From Moniliella sp. 'wahieum' (taxonomy: Eukaryota), in assembly GCA_003971905.1 (NCBI GenBank), contig RSEE01000044.1:1-64000 (forward strand): a DNA stretch of 64,000 nucleotides, given 5' to 3'. Under the pieces are notes generated by a model. That model did no database searches, had not been told where the DNA came from, and saw nothing but the letters and a program-made list of their open reading frames with translations. The position numbers and the translations under genes are program-made. This document shows, piece by piece, positions 52,623 to 63,470 of the stretch. Each line of letters starts with the position of its first letter. The first letter of the stretch is position 1.

Positions 52623-53718
52623 GAAACAGTGCGTCGGGATGGGGAGCTGGTGGTGGTGGTGGGCGAGGAGAGAAAGCAGCGGGGAAGGCAGGGGAGTAAG
52701 TAGTAGGGACGGCCGATGGGCTGAGCGTCGCTAAGCGTTCGTTCGCGTGCCCAAGCGGGTGCTGGGTCTGGATGCGCAATGTCCACGGACAAGGGAGGCT
52801 CAGCGCTCGTCGAGCGTACTCAGCCTGCGGCCTGAGCGCGAGCCTCGTCGCCTCGTGAGGCAGCTGGTAAAAAAAAAGAGGCAGCTCGGCGTGTGCAATC
52901 TCCGGGCGCACGGGGGCAGTGGTGCAGGCAGCCGGCAGCCGGTAGGCACCAGCCAGCACTGATGATGACGACGGCCGATGACGCTGAGGCACGGGCTGGT
53001 GACCAGCCGCAGCCTGTAACGATGCAACTACAGCGAGCAGCCAGCGCCCCTGAGCAACACACCGCTCTGGGCCACAGGGGCCACCCAGCCAAGCAGAGCC
53101 AAGCAGGGCCAAGCGCCAAGCCCCCCCGCAACAATTCTCCCGGCGCTGCCCCCACGCCCCCTCCTGTCGGTGACGATGCCGCGGCGCTGCCTTGCCCGGC
53201 GCCGCTTCCCGAGCACCCCCCACCAGGCAAGCCAAACGGATGTGCTTGCCCAAGGATCAGCGCCAGCACTCAGCCTCAGCCATGAGATCGGTGAACGCCG
53301 GCTTGGATTAGCTAAGCCAGCGGCGCCGCTCCCTGTCGCCTTCCGGAGCTTGGAGCAGTTGAACGATTAATCAGTGTGGCTCAACGGCCCGCGCTGAGGG
53401 CCCGAATCCGTCCGAGTGCAGCTTGTTGGCAGCTAGCCTCGGCTCAGCAGGTGTTAATCACACGAACATAAACGACAGTTCAACTTACATGTGTGGCGTG
53501 GATGCCTGCGGGTGCTGCGTAGTTTTGCGTTGTTCGAGACGACGACGCGCGCACACCGCACACGCCACAGTCTGAGTCTACGAAACAGATATTGCTAACC
53601 AACTCGGACCAAAAAGCATGCCAGGGAAGCACTTCCTTTCCGCGGCCTCGCAGATCGGACGAGTGCGGCCAAGTCCAACACGGTTCATGAACCAACCTAC
53701 TAGCAGGATGGGTGTAGT

Positions 53719-53765
53719 TTGTTAACTCCACGGTAAATCAGTCATTGTTAACTCCACGATAAATC
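53719..53765. repeat. 21-bp direct repeat with 26-bp period
   Basis: TTGTTAACTCCACG(G/A)TAAATC at 53719 and 53745. Confidence 0.85.
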
Positions 53766-54374
53766 CGGCATCCCACTTTTGAACACTGACTAAGAACGTG
53801 AACGTTGAACGTCGAACAGAGCCTCGGCAACACACTCGCCTCCGCCTCCTCCATTTTATAGCTTCGGACTTGTTTATGCACCCCCTTCTTCTCTGAGAGT
53901 CAAGAATCCATTAATACTGTATCTTAGTTTGGCATGAGCAGGGGAAGAACGCGGATATTAGCAGGGTCCCTGGTGCTTGGAGTTACTCCTTCTCCTCGCA
54001 ATCCTGGCTCGATCGAGCCCCCGATGCAATGCCGTTTCTCGGCATTCCCAACGCGTGACGACTCTTCACATCATCGGTATATCCCTTTTCAAGTGAGCTT
54101 ATTCTGCCCTAGTACCACCGACACCACAAGTCCAAGCGGGCACACATAGGCTCGCCCAATCGCATACCCATTCGCCACGGAGATAACAGCGCTCTGTCTG
54201 CCTCACCGGGTCAATCGACACTGGTTTACGACTCACGGCTTACATGCGTAAAATAGTCTGAATCCCGTGTCCGAGAAGTGAACAGCCCTCATTAGTATAT
54301 TCTACCCACAATTTGGCGCCCATAGCAGATAGACGACCTAATGCATAGTACTTGAGTTTGATCCTCTTCGCATG

Positions 54375-55393
54375 TCACATGATATCCCAAGCATCTTCGA
54401 TCGCGCAAGTAAACTACCACCAACACGGCGTCAGCAGCCAAGTTCTCAGCCCTCCAGTATTTCTAGTCCAACATCCAAAGGGAAAACGTACCTTACTGCA
54501 AGCCACAGCCGCGCTCAAAGCATACTTTGAAACGGACAACTTTTCGTCCACCTCCAGTCCTCAAAGTCATCCCGTTCGTGGGCCATCGCGCCAATGAAGA
54601 TTGCCAGAGAATGGTCTGCAGGCACGCGGGGGATCCATGTCGACAAGCGTTGCAGAGGGGCATGGTGGGTAAGGGTGACTTTGTGTGTGCCTGCAGAAAA
54701 GCACGGGAGGGAGGAAATCACAGTGAGAAGTCGATCGCCCTTCTCGCTCGTAATCTTTTTGCGCGAAAGAAGCTGCACCATGAGTCCGCTGAAGCGCTTG
54801 AACGTCCGTGGGATTCGACACGAGGATTGACCTCGATCCAGACACCCTGGGCGGTGTGGATGTAGACCTGCAGTCGCCCTGCCTTGTTCAGTGGCGAATC
54901 CAACAGAGACAACAGACATTGGTGCGTAATGTCCGGGCGTGCCTCGGCAATGTCCCGCCCCATCTTGGCCAACGCACTCTGGTGGTCGTCACAACTCAGC
55001 AGCGCCAACTTGCCTTCGTTTGTCGCGGAAGCCGCGGGCGTTGGGGGAAACAGGGACCTGGTATAGCTCCAAACTTGCCTGCTCCAGAATGACGATCAGC
55101 CGTGCCGGTCCTGTGCTCGCAACGAGAGCCATGTCGGGGGAGGACACCTCTCCTTTGGCTCTGCCGATGCCGAAACCGAGGCCGAGGCCAACGTCGACGT
55201 CGGTGGGGCGTGTCGCCCTGCAGGTTTGGGGGGTAGGCCACGGGGTCGCCAGGGCCGTGGATCAGAGTGGTCAGGGCAACTTGAAGGCGAGTTGGATATC
55301 GGAGCGGCTCGTCTGGCTGCTTTTGAGGGTACATTATGCTCCCCCGTGGAGCGAAGGGGAGTAGCGGTGGTCATCATTGGTGGCGTTCTGCAT
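54375..55393 (-). CDS. EMG1: 18S rRNA pseudouridine methyltransferase Nep1/Emg1
   Basis: [59 protein letters not shown]; terminal exon [12 protein letters not shown]. Confidence 0.95.
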
Positions 55394-55830
55394 GCCTCCA
55401 AGGTGACCCAGGCTGAGGCTTAACTTAGAACGGAGGAAATGAACAGAGGCTACTCGCTTGCGTGCTAGCCTGATTTTGTGAGACACAAGGCCCACAAAGG
55501 GCGAGCCGATGGGCCGGAATTGAATCTTTCAGTGTCACATCACCGTCACCCGTCACGGCACTTACGCCGCTTGAGCTGCATGAGCAAGTCCTGGCTACCA
55601 GCAAGTTACAAGCCCCAATTAATGACCGATCCTGTCGTGCATGTGATCCATGAGCCAGGCGCTTATAAATGCTTTGATTCCCAACATAACCGTCAAGAGT
55701 GAGGAGGTCACTTGACCTTGATCAATCATGGATGTAGAAGAAAAAACTAAGCAGAGGGGTATTGGGGCCGCCCAAGGTGAAAGCATTCGAGGTTGGTGCA
55801 GGTCCGAACTACGAACTCTTAGCAGCTCAC

Positions 55831-55915
55831 GGGCGGATAGCTCAGTTGGTAGAGCGCACGCTTTGCATCCTGGTGCCACTGTGTGAGGTCTGGGGTTCGA
55901 TTCCCTATTCGTCCA
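55831..55915 (+). tRNA. tRNA-Ala(UGC) with 12-nt intron
   Basis: Acceptor GGGCGGA/TTCGTCC with G3:U70, D arm GCTC/GAGC, anticodon TGC at 55864-55866, intron 55868-55879, T loop TTCGATT, T-run just downstream. Confidence 0.92.
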
Positions 55916-56452
55916 TATGTTTTGTTTTGCACGTTGGCTTATACCTTTTTGCCGTAACAACCTGCTTCACGTCGACCCCTTCCAGTTGCATATGAAGCTG
56001 TCACAGCTACCAAATCTCCAGCCCCATCCTGAATCTAGCCTAAGTCCCCCCCCTTCCTGACATTCATCATGATCAAATGGACGAAGAAGATCGTACTTGG
56101 CCTCTCTCGCGGGTCACGCGGTCACGGCGAGTTAAGTGAGCAGTGACAGGTTTTCGTGCCAGTCACCGCCAAAAAGTTTGCACGGAGGTAGTTACTGCCT
56201 CGTCTGTTTAACAGCGCCTCTGATCCCGACTCAGCTGTGAAGCTGCTAAGGAACGCCCCATACGCGTGCCCCAGACAGATTCGCCTTCTATTTTGCACAA
56301 CTTAAAAGATACCTTTCATCACTATCGTACAGCATGTCTATGCACTGAGCACAAGGCCTCCCCAACTTAGCCCAGACCAGAAATCAATGGCAACGGCACA
56401 ACCAAGACGTTTAATTTTTCATGTTAAAGCGCAATGAGCTGTCATGCGACGT

Positions 56453-57219
56453 TTAGAGCGCCTTTTTGGCCGCCTTTGCGAGATGAGCAGAGTACTCCCA
56501 CGAAGGGCGTAGGAGGAGGGGGGATGTTGTTCCACAGGTTGGGCGTGAGGAAACCGTACGTCTTGGACACAGCCTCGAAGGTGGCCTTGATAAAGTTGCC
56601 CATGGTGGCCGTCTGGCCCGAAGACTGGGTGTAGCAGTCGGTCACACCGGCAAGCTGAAGCATGCGCTTCGACGCAGGAGCGGCAACAATGCCCGTACCG
56701 CGGGGGGCGGGAACGAGACGGCACATGACCGAGGCAGTCTTACCGCTCACCTTCATGGGGACCGTGTGGGGCTCACCAAGAGCAGCACCCCAGTACCCAC
56801 GGCGAACCGGAATAACGGAGAGCTTAGCCAGATTGATGGCAGCGCGGATGGCGGTGGCAACCTCCTTGGCGCACTTGACACCAGGCCCAAGTGACCGTCC
56901 GAGTCACCAACGGCAACGAACGCCTTAAAACGGGTACGCTGACCAGCACGGGTCTGCTTCTGCACAGGGTGGATCTTCATCACCTCATCCTTGAGCTTGG
57001 GCAGGAGCAGGTCCACCACCTGGTACTCTTTGATGGGGAGGGAAAAGAGGTAGATTCCTCGATCGACTTGATCTTGCCGTCCTTGACGAGGCGGCCAACG
57101 GAGGTGACGGGCACCCATTCCTCCTTCTCGCCGCCACGGGCACCACGACGGCCACGACGGCCACGGCCACCACGGTCACGGCCAAAACCACCACGTCCAC
57201 GAGGAGCTGCGTCAGCCAT
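56453..57219 (-). CDS. RPS2: 40S ribosomal protein S2 (uS5)
   Basis: RGG-rich N-terminus, [47 protein letters not shown]. Confidence 0.97.
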
Positions 57220-57577
57220 GTTGGTTGCTTGGATGGGGAAGTCTCGGGTACCAAGCAGCAGCAAACCATAGCAATGACAAGGGCGCCTGCAAACAAATAG
57301 GGTTAGTGCCGCAGCTTTTTTCGGTTCCACGGCCCAAACAAAGTGGGGTGTGGGGTAGGATGGGTGATGATCGATGCATGATATTTGATGGTGATGCATG
57401 ATGCTGATCTGGTCGATATTGGGAACTGCCGTCAACCGGTTACCGATTATCGATTGCCGGTACCGATAATCGATAATCCCGAGTCAGCCCGGGCAATCAA
57501 TGATCAATGATCCCAACCAACCATCTCAATCCAATCGGGGAGGGTGGCCTGCCCTCTCTTCTATCCCCCTCCTGTCT

Positions 57578-59041
57578 ATGTCCAAGCCCACTGCCTCCCC
57601 CCGGCAGCGCACGCGTTGCCCAACTGAGCGCACATCTCTCACCGATGCTCGTCACCCCCCATGTGAGGAGCGTGCACTACTCACCCTCACCCGCCCCGAG
57701 GCACTTAATGCACTGAACTTGCCCATGGTTACTCAGCTCACTGCAAGACTTCAAGCCTTTCTCAAGGAACGCGGCCGCACCCTTCTACTCACCCACGAAG
57801 GCCGCGCTTTCTGCGCCGGCGGGGATGTCCTTGCCGTTGTCCGTGCTGCGGCGAGCGCCACCCAGAGGTCCAACAAGCCAGCTTGACCTTTTTCCAGAAA
57901 GAGTATGAGGTCGACTACCTCCTGGCTCGGATCGCAAACGACAGCCACCACGTCGCGTTGGCCATCTTAGATGGGATCGTGATGGGCGGCGGTGTAGGGC
58001 TATCTTCCCCACTTCAGATACGGGTGGTAACGGAAAACACGCTTTGGGCTATGCCTGAGACTGGCATTGGCTTCTTTCCCGATGTCGGGGTTGCTCGCAC
58101 CCTCGCCCAGCTGGACGGGGGGGTTGGGCTGTACCTCGCCCTAACAGGGCACCGGCTAGCCGGGTGGGAGCTCTATTACCTTGGCTTGGCGACGCACTTT
58201 GTCCCTGCATCAGCAGTGGCAGCGGTGGTTGCGCAGGTGACGGCGGCCCAGCCGCAGAACACTGCGCTAGTGGACAAGCTTCTGCTTGAGTGGAGCACTG
58301 ATCCGGCTCCGGCTACAGATCTGGCAAGCAGCCCCTTCTTTGGTCACGTAGGGTGGCCTTGGATCATGTCTTCTCCCTCACCTACCCCCAGTACCGCATG
58401 CAAGACATTCTCCAAAGCCTGGAGGAACTACAGCGCCCCGGCTCGGACACTCGGCGTATACTTGAACCTCGACTAGAAAACGAGGGGTGGGACGACATTT
58501 CCCTCTGGGCTATTAAGACACTGGCGGTGCTTCACAGCAAGAGCCCCCGATCACTTGTGGTGACCCATCGGCATATGGGAGAGCCACTGCCGTCGCTTGA
58601 GGCGAGCTACGAGCGCGACATGCGCCGTGCTACTGGATTTTGCCGTCTGGCCCGTGGGGAGCGTGACTTCTACACAGGCGTGACTCATGTCCTCGAGAAG
58701 GATGCAGAGGGCAAACGGAAGACTGGACGGCCGGATGGGAACCCGCAAATATTGATGCTGTGGACGAAGAAAGGGTGGACCAACGGTTTTTCCGTCCTGA
58801 CATTAACATCCCACACTTGGACTTTCTTTGGCCGATGGGCTGAGCCTCAGGGAAAAGTCGCCAGACACAAACGAGTATGTGTTGCCTTCAGACCGTGAGT
58901 GCACCCTACTTCTGCGCAACAAAGGGGTGTCTACCCCCGCAGAGTTGGTGACTGCGTTGTATGGCTAAATACGGCCCTAAACCTGGTCTGGAGCGTAAGA
59001 TATTGGAGTGGGCAAGTCGCACACACCAGTTTGAAAAATGA
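57578..59041 (+). CDS. EHD3: 3-hydroxyisobutyryl-CoA hydrolase (crotonase family)
   Basis: LTRPEALNALN, RAFCAGGDV, DGIVMGGGVGLS, AMPETGIGFFPDVG, KSPRSL, DFYTGV. Confidence 0.9.
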
Positions 59042-59182
59042 TCTGCATTACTGTTGCATGGCCACCCTTCCCACTTGAGTATCATAGGGTGCCATCATGA
59101 TGTTAATGATAGACCTTAGCAGGGACATCATGCATCAATACAAACGCATACCTCAATAGGACTCCTGACGAATGGGTATAAG

Positions 59183-60119
59183 TTACATGTCTTCTTGCCG
59201 CCATGCTGGGACGCCAAACGAGTCAGTACTCCGTATCTACAAAGAGGAGAGACGTACCTTGAGCAACTTGGTCTCGGCGTTTGCGCTCATTGATGCGTGC
59301 GAAGTACTTCCGCTCGAATCCATTTGAGCGGTCCACGCCATCCCCGATACCCTGGAGCAATTCCAAACCGGTTAGGCGGTGGAGTAGGGCCCGCGTATTT
59401 GGCATCCGCGGCCCCTGCTCCTTCTTGGTAGAAAGAAAGGCCAACGCCGGATCGTCCGCTCGGACAACAGCACGCAATTCAGCGTTCATCTTCTCATCGG
59501 TAGCATAACGGGCCACACCTTCCTCCTTCATAGCCTCCAGTTCTTCTTGTTTCCGCCTCGCTTCGCAAGTTGGACTTGTCCGCGCCCCCAATTCTTACGC
59601 TCGGCCTCCTTCGCCTTCCGTGCCCGCTCTTCCTCTGCCCGTTCCGCCGCCTCGGCCTCGACATCAATTTTTCGTCCCGAGGCATCACGGTAGACCGTCT
59701 GCTGTTCGCTATTGTTCGAAGGGGTGGGGCAGCAGCGCGCCGCAGCTTCTCGGGCCAACGCTCCTCCTTTTGCGCACGAAGATCTGCTTGGTCATCAAGC
59801 CTGCGCGCGGGCGGGCGGGGGCGGGGGCAGAGTGACCATCTCGGTCTCAGCCCAGCTTGGGAAGCAGAGTCGGACGAGACCACTTGCGATGAAGTAGCAG
59901 AGGAAAACGCCTTTTTGAATGCGGGCTTCTTGCCCTCGCTACGCGGAGAACGAAGGGGTCTTCTGGCCCTGTTTCCTCTTGTTCGGGCACAGGCCAAGGG
60001 TTGTCATCCTGGATAACCAAGCCAGGCTCAGCATGCTTCGACTTGCGCTTTTTCTTGCGAGACTCATCAGGTTTTTCAAGGTAGCGGGCAAGGTAAGCTT
60101 GCGTCTTGGGGTCAGGCAT
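59183..60119 (-). CDS. BUD13: RES complex splicing factor Bud13/Cwc26
   Basis: QTVYRDASGRKID, WGRGQVQ, DGVDRSNGFE; terminal exon WRQEDM* after an intron near 59205-59258. Confidence 0.92.
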
Positions 60120-60487
60120 GTCAGGCAATTGACGACGCTGGTGGCAAAGTGGAGGCGATTGGGGGCAGTTGGCGGCGATGGTCTGTGGTAAATTCAAAGA
60201 TTGAGGGATGCACAAAAACAACTTTGAAATATGGATATTCTGAGCCTCCAGAATTATCGAGCCACTGGTAACAACAACAAGTATCACACGTCCGCGTTAC
60301 TACCAGAGAGCATAGTACGCCAGGGTTTCTGTTAACCAGCGGCAGCCTTTTACCACCTGTCCCTTCCTTTTATGTGTGTCTCCATGAAAAGGTATGTAAC
60401 CTGTGGACATATCATGTGAAGTGCAATCATACAAAAGGGACACGAAGACGAAAAGTACAAATACTCGATCATGACTCCGGGACAGAG

Positions 60488-61470
60488 CTACCTAGCCCCC
60501 CCAGCTCCCCCGGAACGGCAAGCATCACGCCTGGATCCCACGTCGTCGTTTGGAGGCGCCAGAGCCCTTGTCGGAACTCGTGCCTCATGGCCTTGATGAA
60601 AGACCATGGGTCGCGCGTGCGGTTCATCTGCTCCACCAGTGCATGAATCGTACCCCCAGGCAGGGGTGGATGAGTGGAGAGTACGCTGTACGGCTTCCCT
60701 TTGCCGCCGAGGTCGAGGAGGCAAGTCGATTGGAGTAAAATCGTCGGGATTGAGAAGGTAGAAAATGATTTTGAGTTGGGCTGCAGCGTGGTCAGTACCG
60801 ATACACCAGGAACAACGAGTGGACGTACAAGAGTGTTTCGTAGGCTGGATCTCGATGCCAAGCAGGTCTTGGAGACGTTGATGCTCCCAAGGTGTTTTGG
60901 ACCGCTGGAGATGAATGGTATCGCGTACCATCTCGAGATGTGTCCGTTTCCTACTGGTTTGGGTCGTGACTGCTGCTAGCTGTGCGCGCAAATCATCAGC
61001 CTTGGAGCTCAAACTGGCCTGGGTGGCACGGAGGTGAGCGAGCGTGTCACGCTCCTCGGCGTCGGCTGCTTTTTGAGCACTGATCGTTTCCCACAGTGCA
61101 GACTGAGCCTCCTTTGCATCTGTCACCTCCCCCTCAGCCGCTCGCACTTCGTCCCGCGTTAACGCCAACTGGGTCTCGTGCGCCTCCCGTTCCGCCTCGG
61201 CACGAGAACAGGTGCTGCTCACGGCCGCTTTGAAATGGACTAGAAATCGGTCCATTTGGTCAAAGAGCGAACCAAAATCCAGAGGAACGGGGCGAATTGC
61301 CAGCTCTTCTTCCTCCTCCATACGCGACCCAGAGATTGGCAGGGAGTGGGGCATACAGCGACGCCGGGGCCGGGGCCAGGGAGGGGCGCACCCGCCGTCC
61401 CGCCGGTTGCACCCGGCGCACAGGTGCAGTACTCTTTCTCGTCCGCTTGTGGGGTGGCGGTGTCTGCCAT
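60488..61470 (-). CDS. SPC25: Ndc80-complex kinetochore subunit Spc25-like
   Basis: Coiled coil followed by LLGIEIQP..LKIIFYLL..CLLDL..YSVLSTHPPLP..LVEQMN.TRD..SFIKAMR (RWD-like head). Confidence 0.7.
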
Positions 61471-61949
61471 AATGCTGGTGATGCTGGTGGTGGCGTTGGT
61501 GGTGGCTAATGCAGAGAGATGGTTCAGAAAACAACGGGGAGGTGTGGGACGCTGCTCCTGACTTTTGCTGCGGCCGGGAATGTTGAGTGATGCTCTCGCT
61601 GTTGAGATGGGACGCGCTAGAACGGGGGCAGTGTGCCGAGTCATGCGCTCTGCAATTTCCACGGGGGTCAGCTTATTTCAATGTTTAAAAGCCGCTCACG
61701 CTATATCGAAATCCCTGGGCCCTGTCAGCTTTGAATATTAAGGCGCCAGTGGATTAAAATCCACTACCCACGTTGGTGGGGCTGATGATCCAGCTGTGCC
61801 TCTTCGCCACATCCTGAGGGACGCGCCGATACCTACTTGTTTTGCAGAAAACAGCCCCGGCAACCAAGTTCCTCACACACAGTCCCGCCCCGCTGCCGCA
61901 ACAGCGCGCGATGGAGAATCATCCCCACAGGACACAGGTCAGGCAGTGA

Positions 61950-63470
61950 TCGCCCCCTACGTAAATGCCCATACTGCCTCCACTGCTCTCAGCAGGAGGA
62001 CAACCAGCGCTCTTGGCAGTCGTAGAATACGGGCGAGCTTTGTCCCCTTGGGAGACTCAGGTTGCCTGCCAAGTCAATGTCAAGCGCGAAGCCAACCTGC
62101 TCATGGCAATTACTACTACGATTCGCTCTGCTACCTGTCCGCCCGCAAGGCTCTCATATGAGTCGCGCTTCCCAATTTGAGCCACACCCTCAAAAGCTCG
62201 TTTCAGCAAGAGGCGCAAGAGAGATAGCCGCGTTCATGCCGATGATCAGAAGGGACAATGCTCCGGAAACTCGTGACCAAGCTCTGTGCTCCCACTCGTT
62301 CCACATCATCACGCAAGTGGGACACAGCCAGGTATGGCGAGTTGTTCTCTTGCGATAAAAGTCAGGAGAAAATATGAGCACTTAACAGGAGACTAACCAA
62401 AAAGGCATGGTCAATGGATGACGCGCGCCGTCTTCATTGAGCGCGACATCCTCAGTGCCACCGTACCCCGTGGTTAGTGAAATCATGCACGCCTTCCATG
62501 ACCAGGAGATTGTGTGTCTCGCCACGGAGTAATATGTCCCTGACGCGGTTTCGATACCTTCTGCAAGTCCGGCTTGCAACGCGAGCACCATGCCCACTTC
62601 TATGGAACGGAGATGTTTGTTGCGGTCCATGAGCTGCATGCTGGAGCATGTTCCCCCCAGCCTCAAGCCGGTTCCTCGTTCGACGCCTCGGGCTACTTCA
62701 ACTTGACGGACTTGGACTGGCTTCGGGTTCTAGGACAAACTCCAGTCGAGTTGCCTCATTATGGAAAAGTCTACACGGAGTGATGGATACCGACGGCGTC
62801 TACTGCACTCCGCTCCCTGTTCCAGGCGTGTCAAGAGCATATGTTGAAACCCCCAATTCCATTCCGGCTTGCACCATTATACGGCGACTGAGATTATATT
62901 CTACCGGTCACTTATGGCATTCGCGTTGATTAATGAGTACGGATCATCGAGATCATTGACGAACACTATATAGAGAGAGGCGGCATCCACTACCTCGCAG
63001 ACTTCCCACCCTTTTCGGGTCACCTAACATCGATATGTGGGCAAGTCTGTAAAATTGGAAGCGTGTGTGCTGCATCAGTCCGTGTAATACATGGTACACC
63101 GCTTCGGCAGGAGTTGCACTTCAAAACTTCTCACCAATGTTGAATGGGATTGTGGGAAGGCACAGCCCGGGGGAAGAGAGGCTCGAATAGGATTCGAACC
63201 CATGTCATCGCCTATTGGCCAGGGGTGCGTTACCACTACGCTAGTATCGAGCCGGGATAAGAGCAGCTGCACACAGGATCACAGTCTAACAGTGATATAG
63301 TTGCACGATAGGTTGTGTCCCTCTGTTATGAAGGGACGAAGGAACCACGCATCATCACCAAAGGGGGCGCAGAGGGGAGATATCGACACCTGGTATTAGA
63401 AAGCGCAATCAGAGAAATGAGATGACAGCCTCGTCTCTCTCCTCTTTTGAGCAAGTGGAATGTGAGCGAT
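61950..63470 (+). pseudogene. DBF2: Decayed Dbf2/Sid2-type NDR kinase pseudogene
   Basis: Colinear fragments: NVKREAN, YYYDSLCYLSARK, MLRKLVTKL, FHIITQVGH..YGELF, VFIERDIL, PWLVK, HAFHDQ..LATE*YVP, HFYGTEMFVAVHELH, SLKP (no HRD), DASGYFNLTD, FPPFSG, WASL*NWKRV. In-frame stops and lost catalytic motifs. Confidence 0.85.
63179..63253 (-). pseudogene. Aberrant tRNA-like element (pseudo-tRNA or SINE-like)
   Basis: Perfect acceptor GGCTCGA/TCGAGCC, D arm GCGT/ACGC, B box GGTTCGAATCC. Aberrant 5-nt linker, a C-C mismatch in the anticodon stem, and loop GGCCAAT lacking U33. Confidence 0.7.

Noticed and set aside
59090..59170. Possible C/D-box snoRNA between EHD3 and BUD13
   Set aside because: Box C is imperfect, and no terminal stem or rRNA guide was identifiable.
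160..61470. Frequent frameshifts read as programmed frameshifting, RNA editing or mass pseudogenisation
   Set aside because: They are isolated 1-nt indels in nearly every gene, including RPS2, PMA1 and RFA1, with protein motifs otherwise intact. This pattern is typical of unpolished long-read consensus error.
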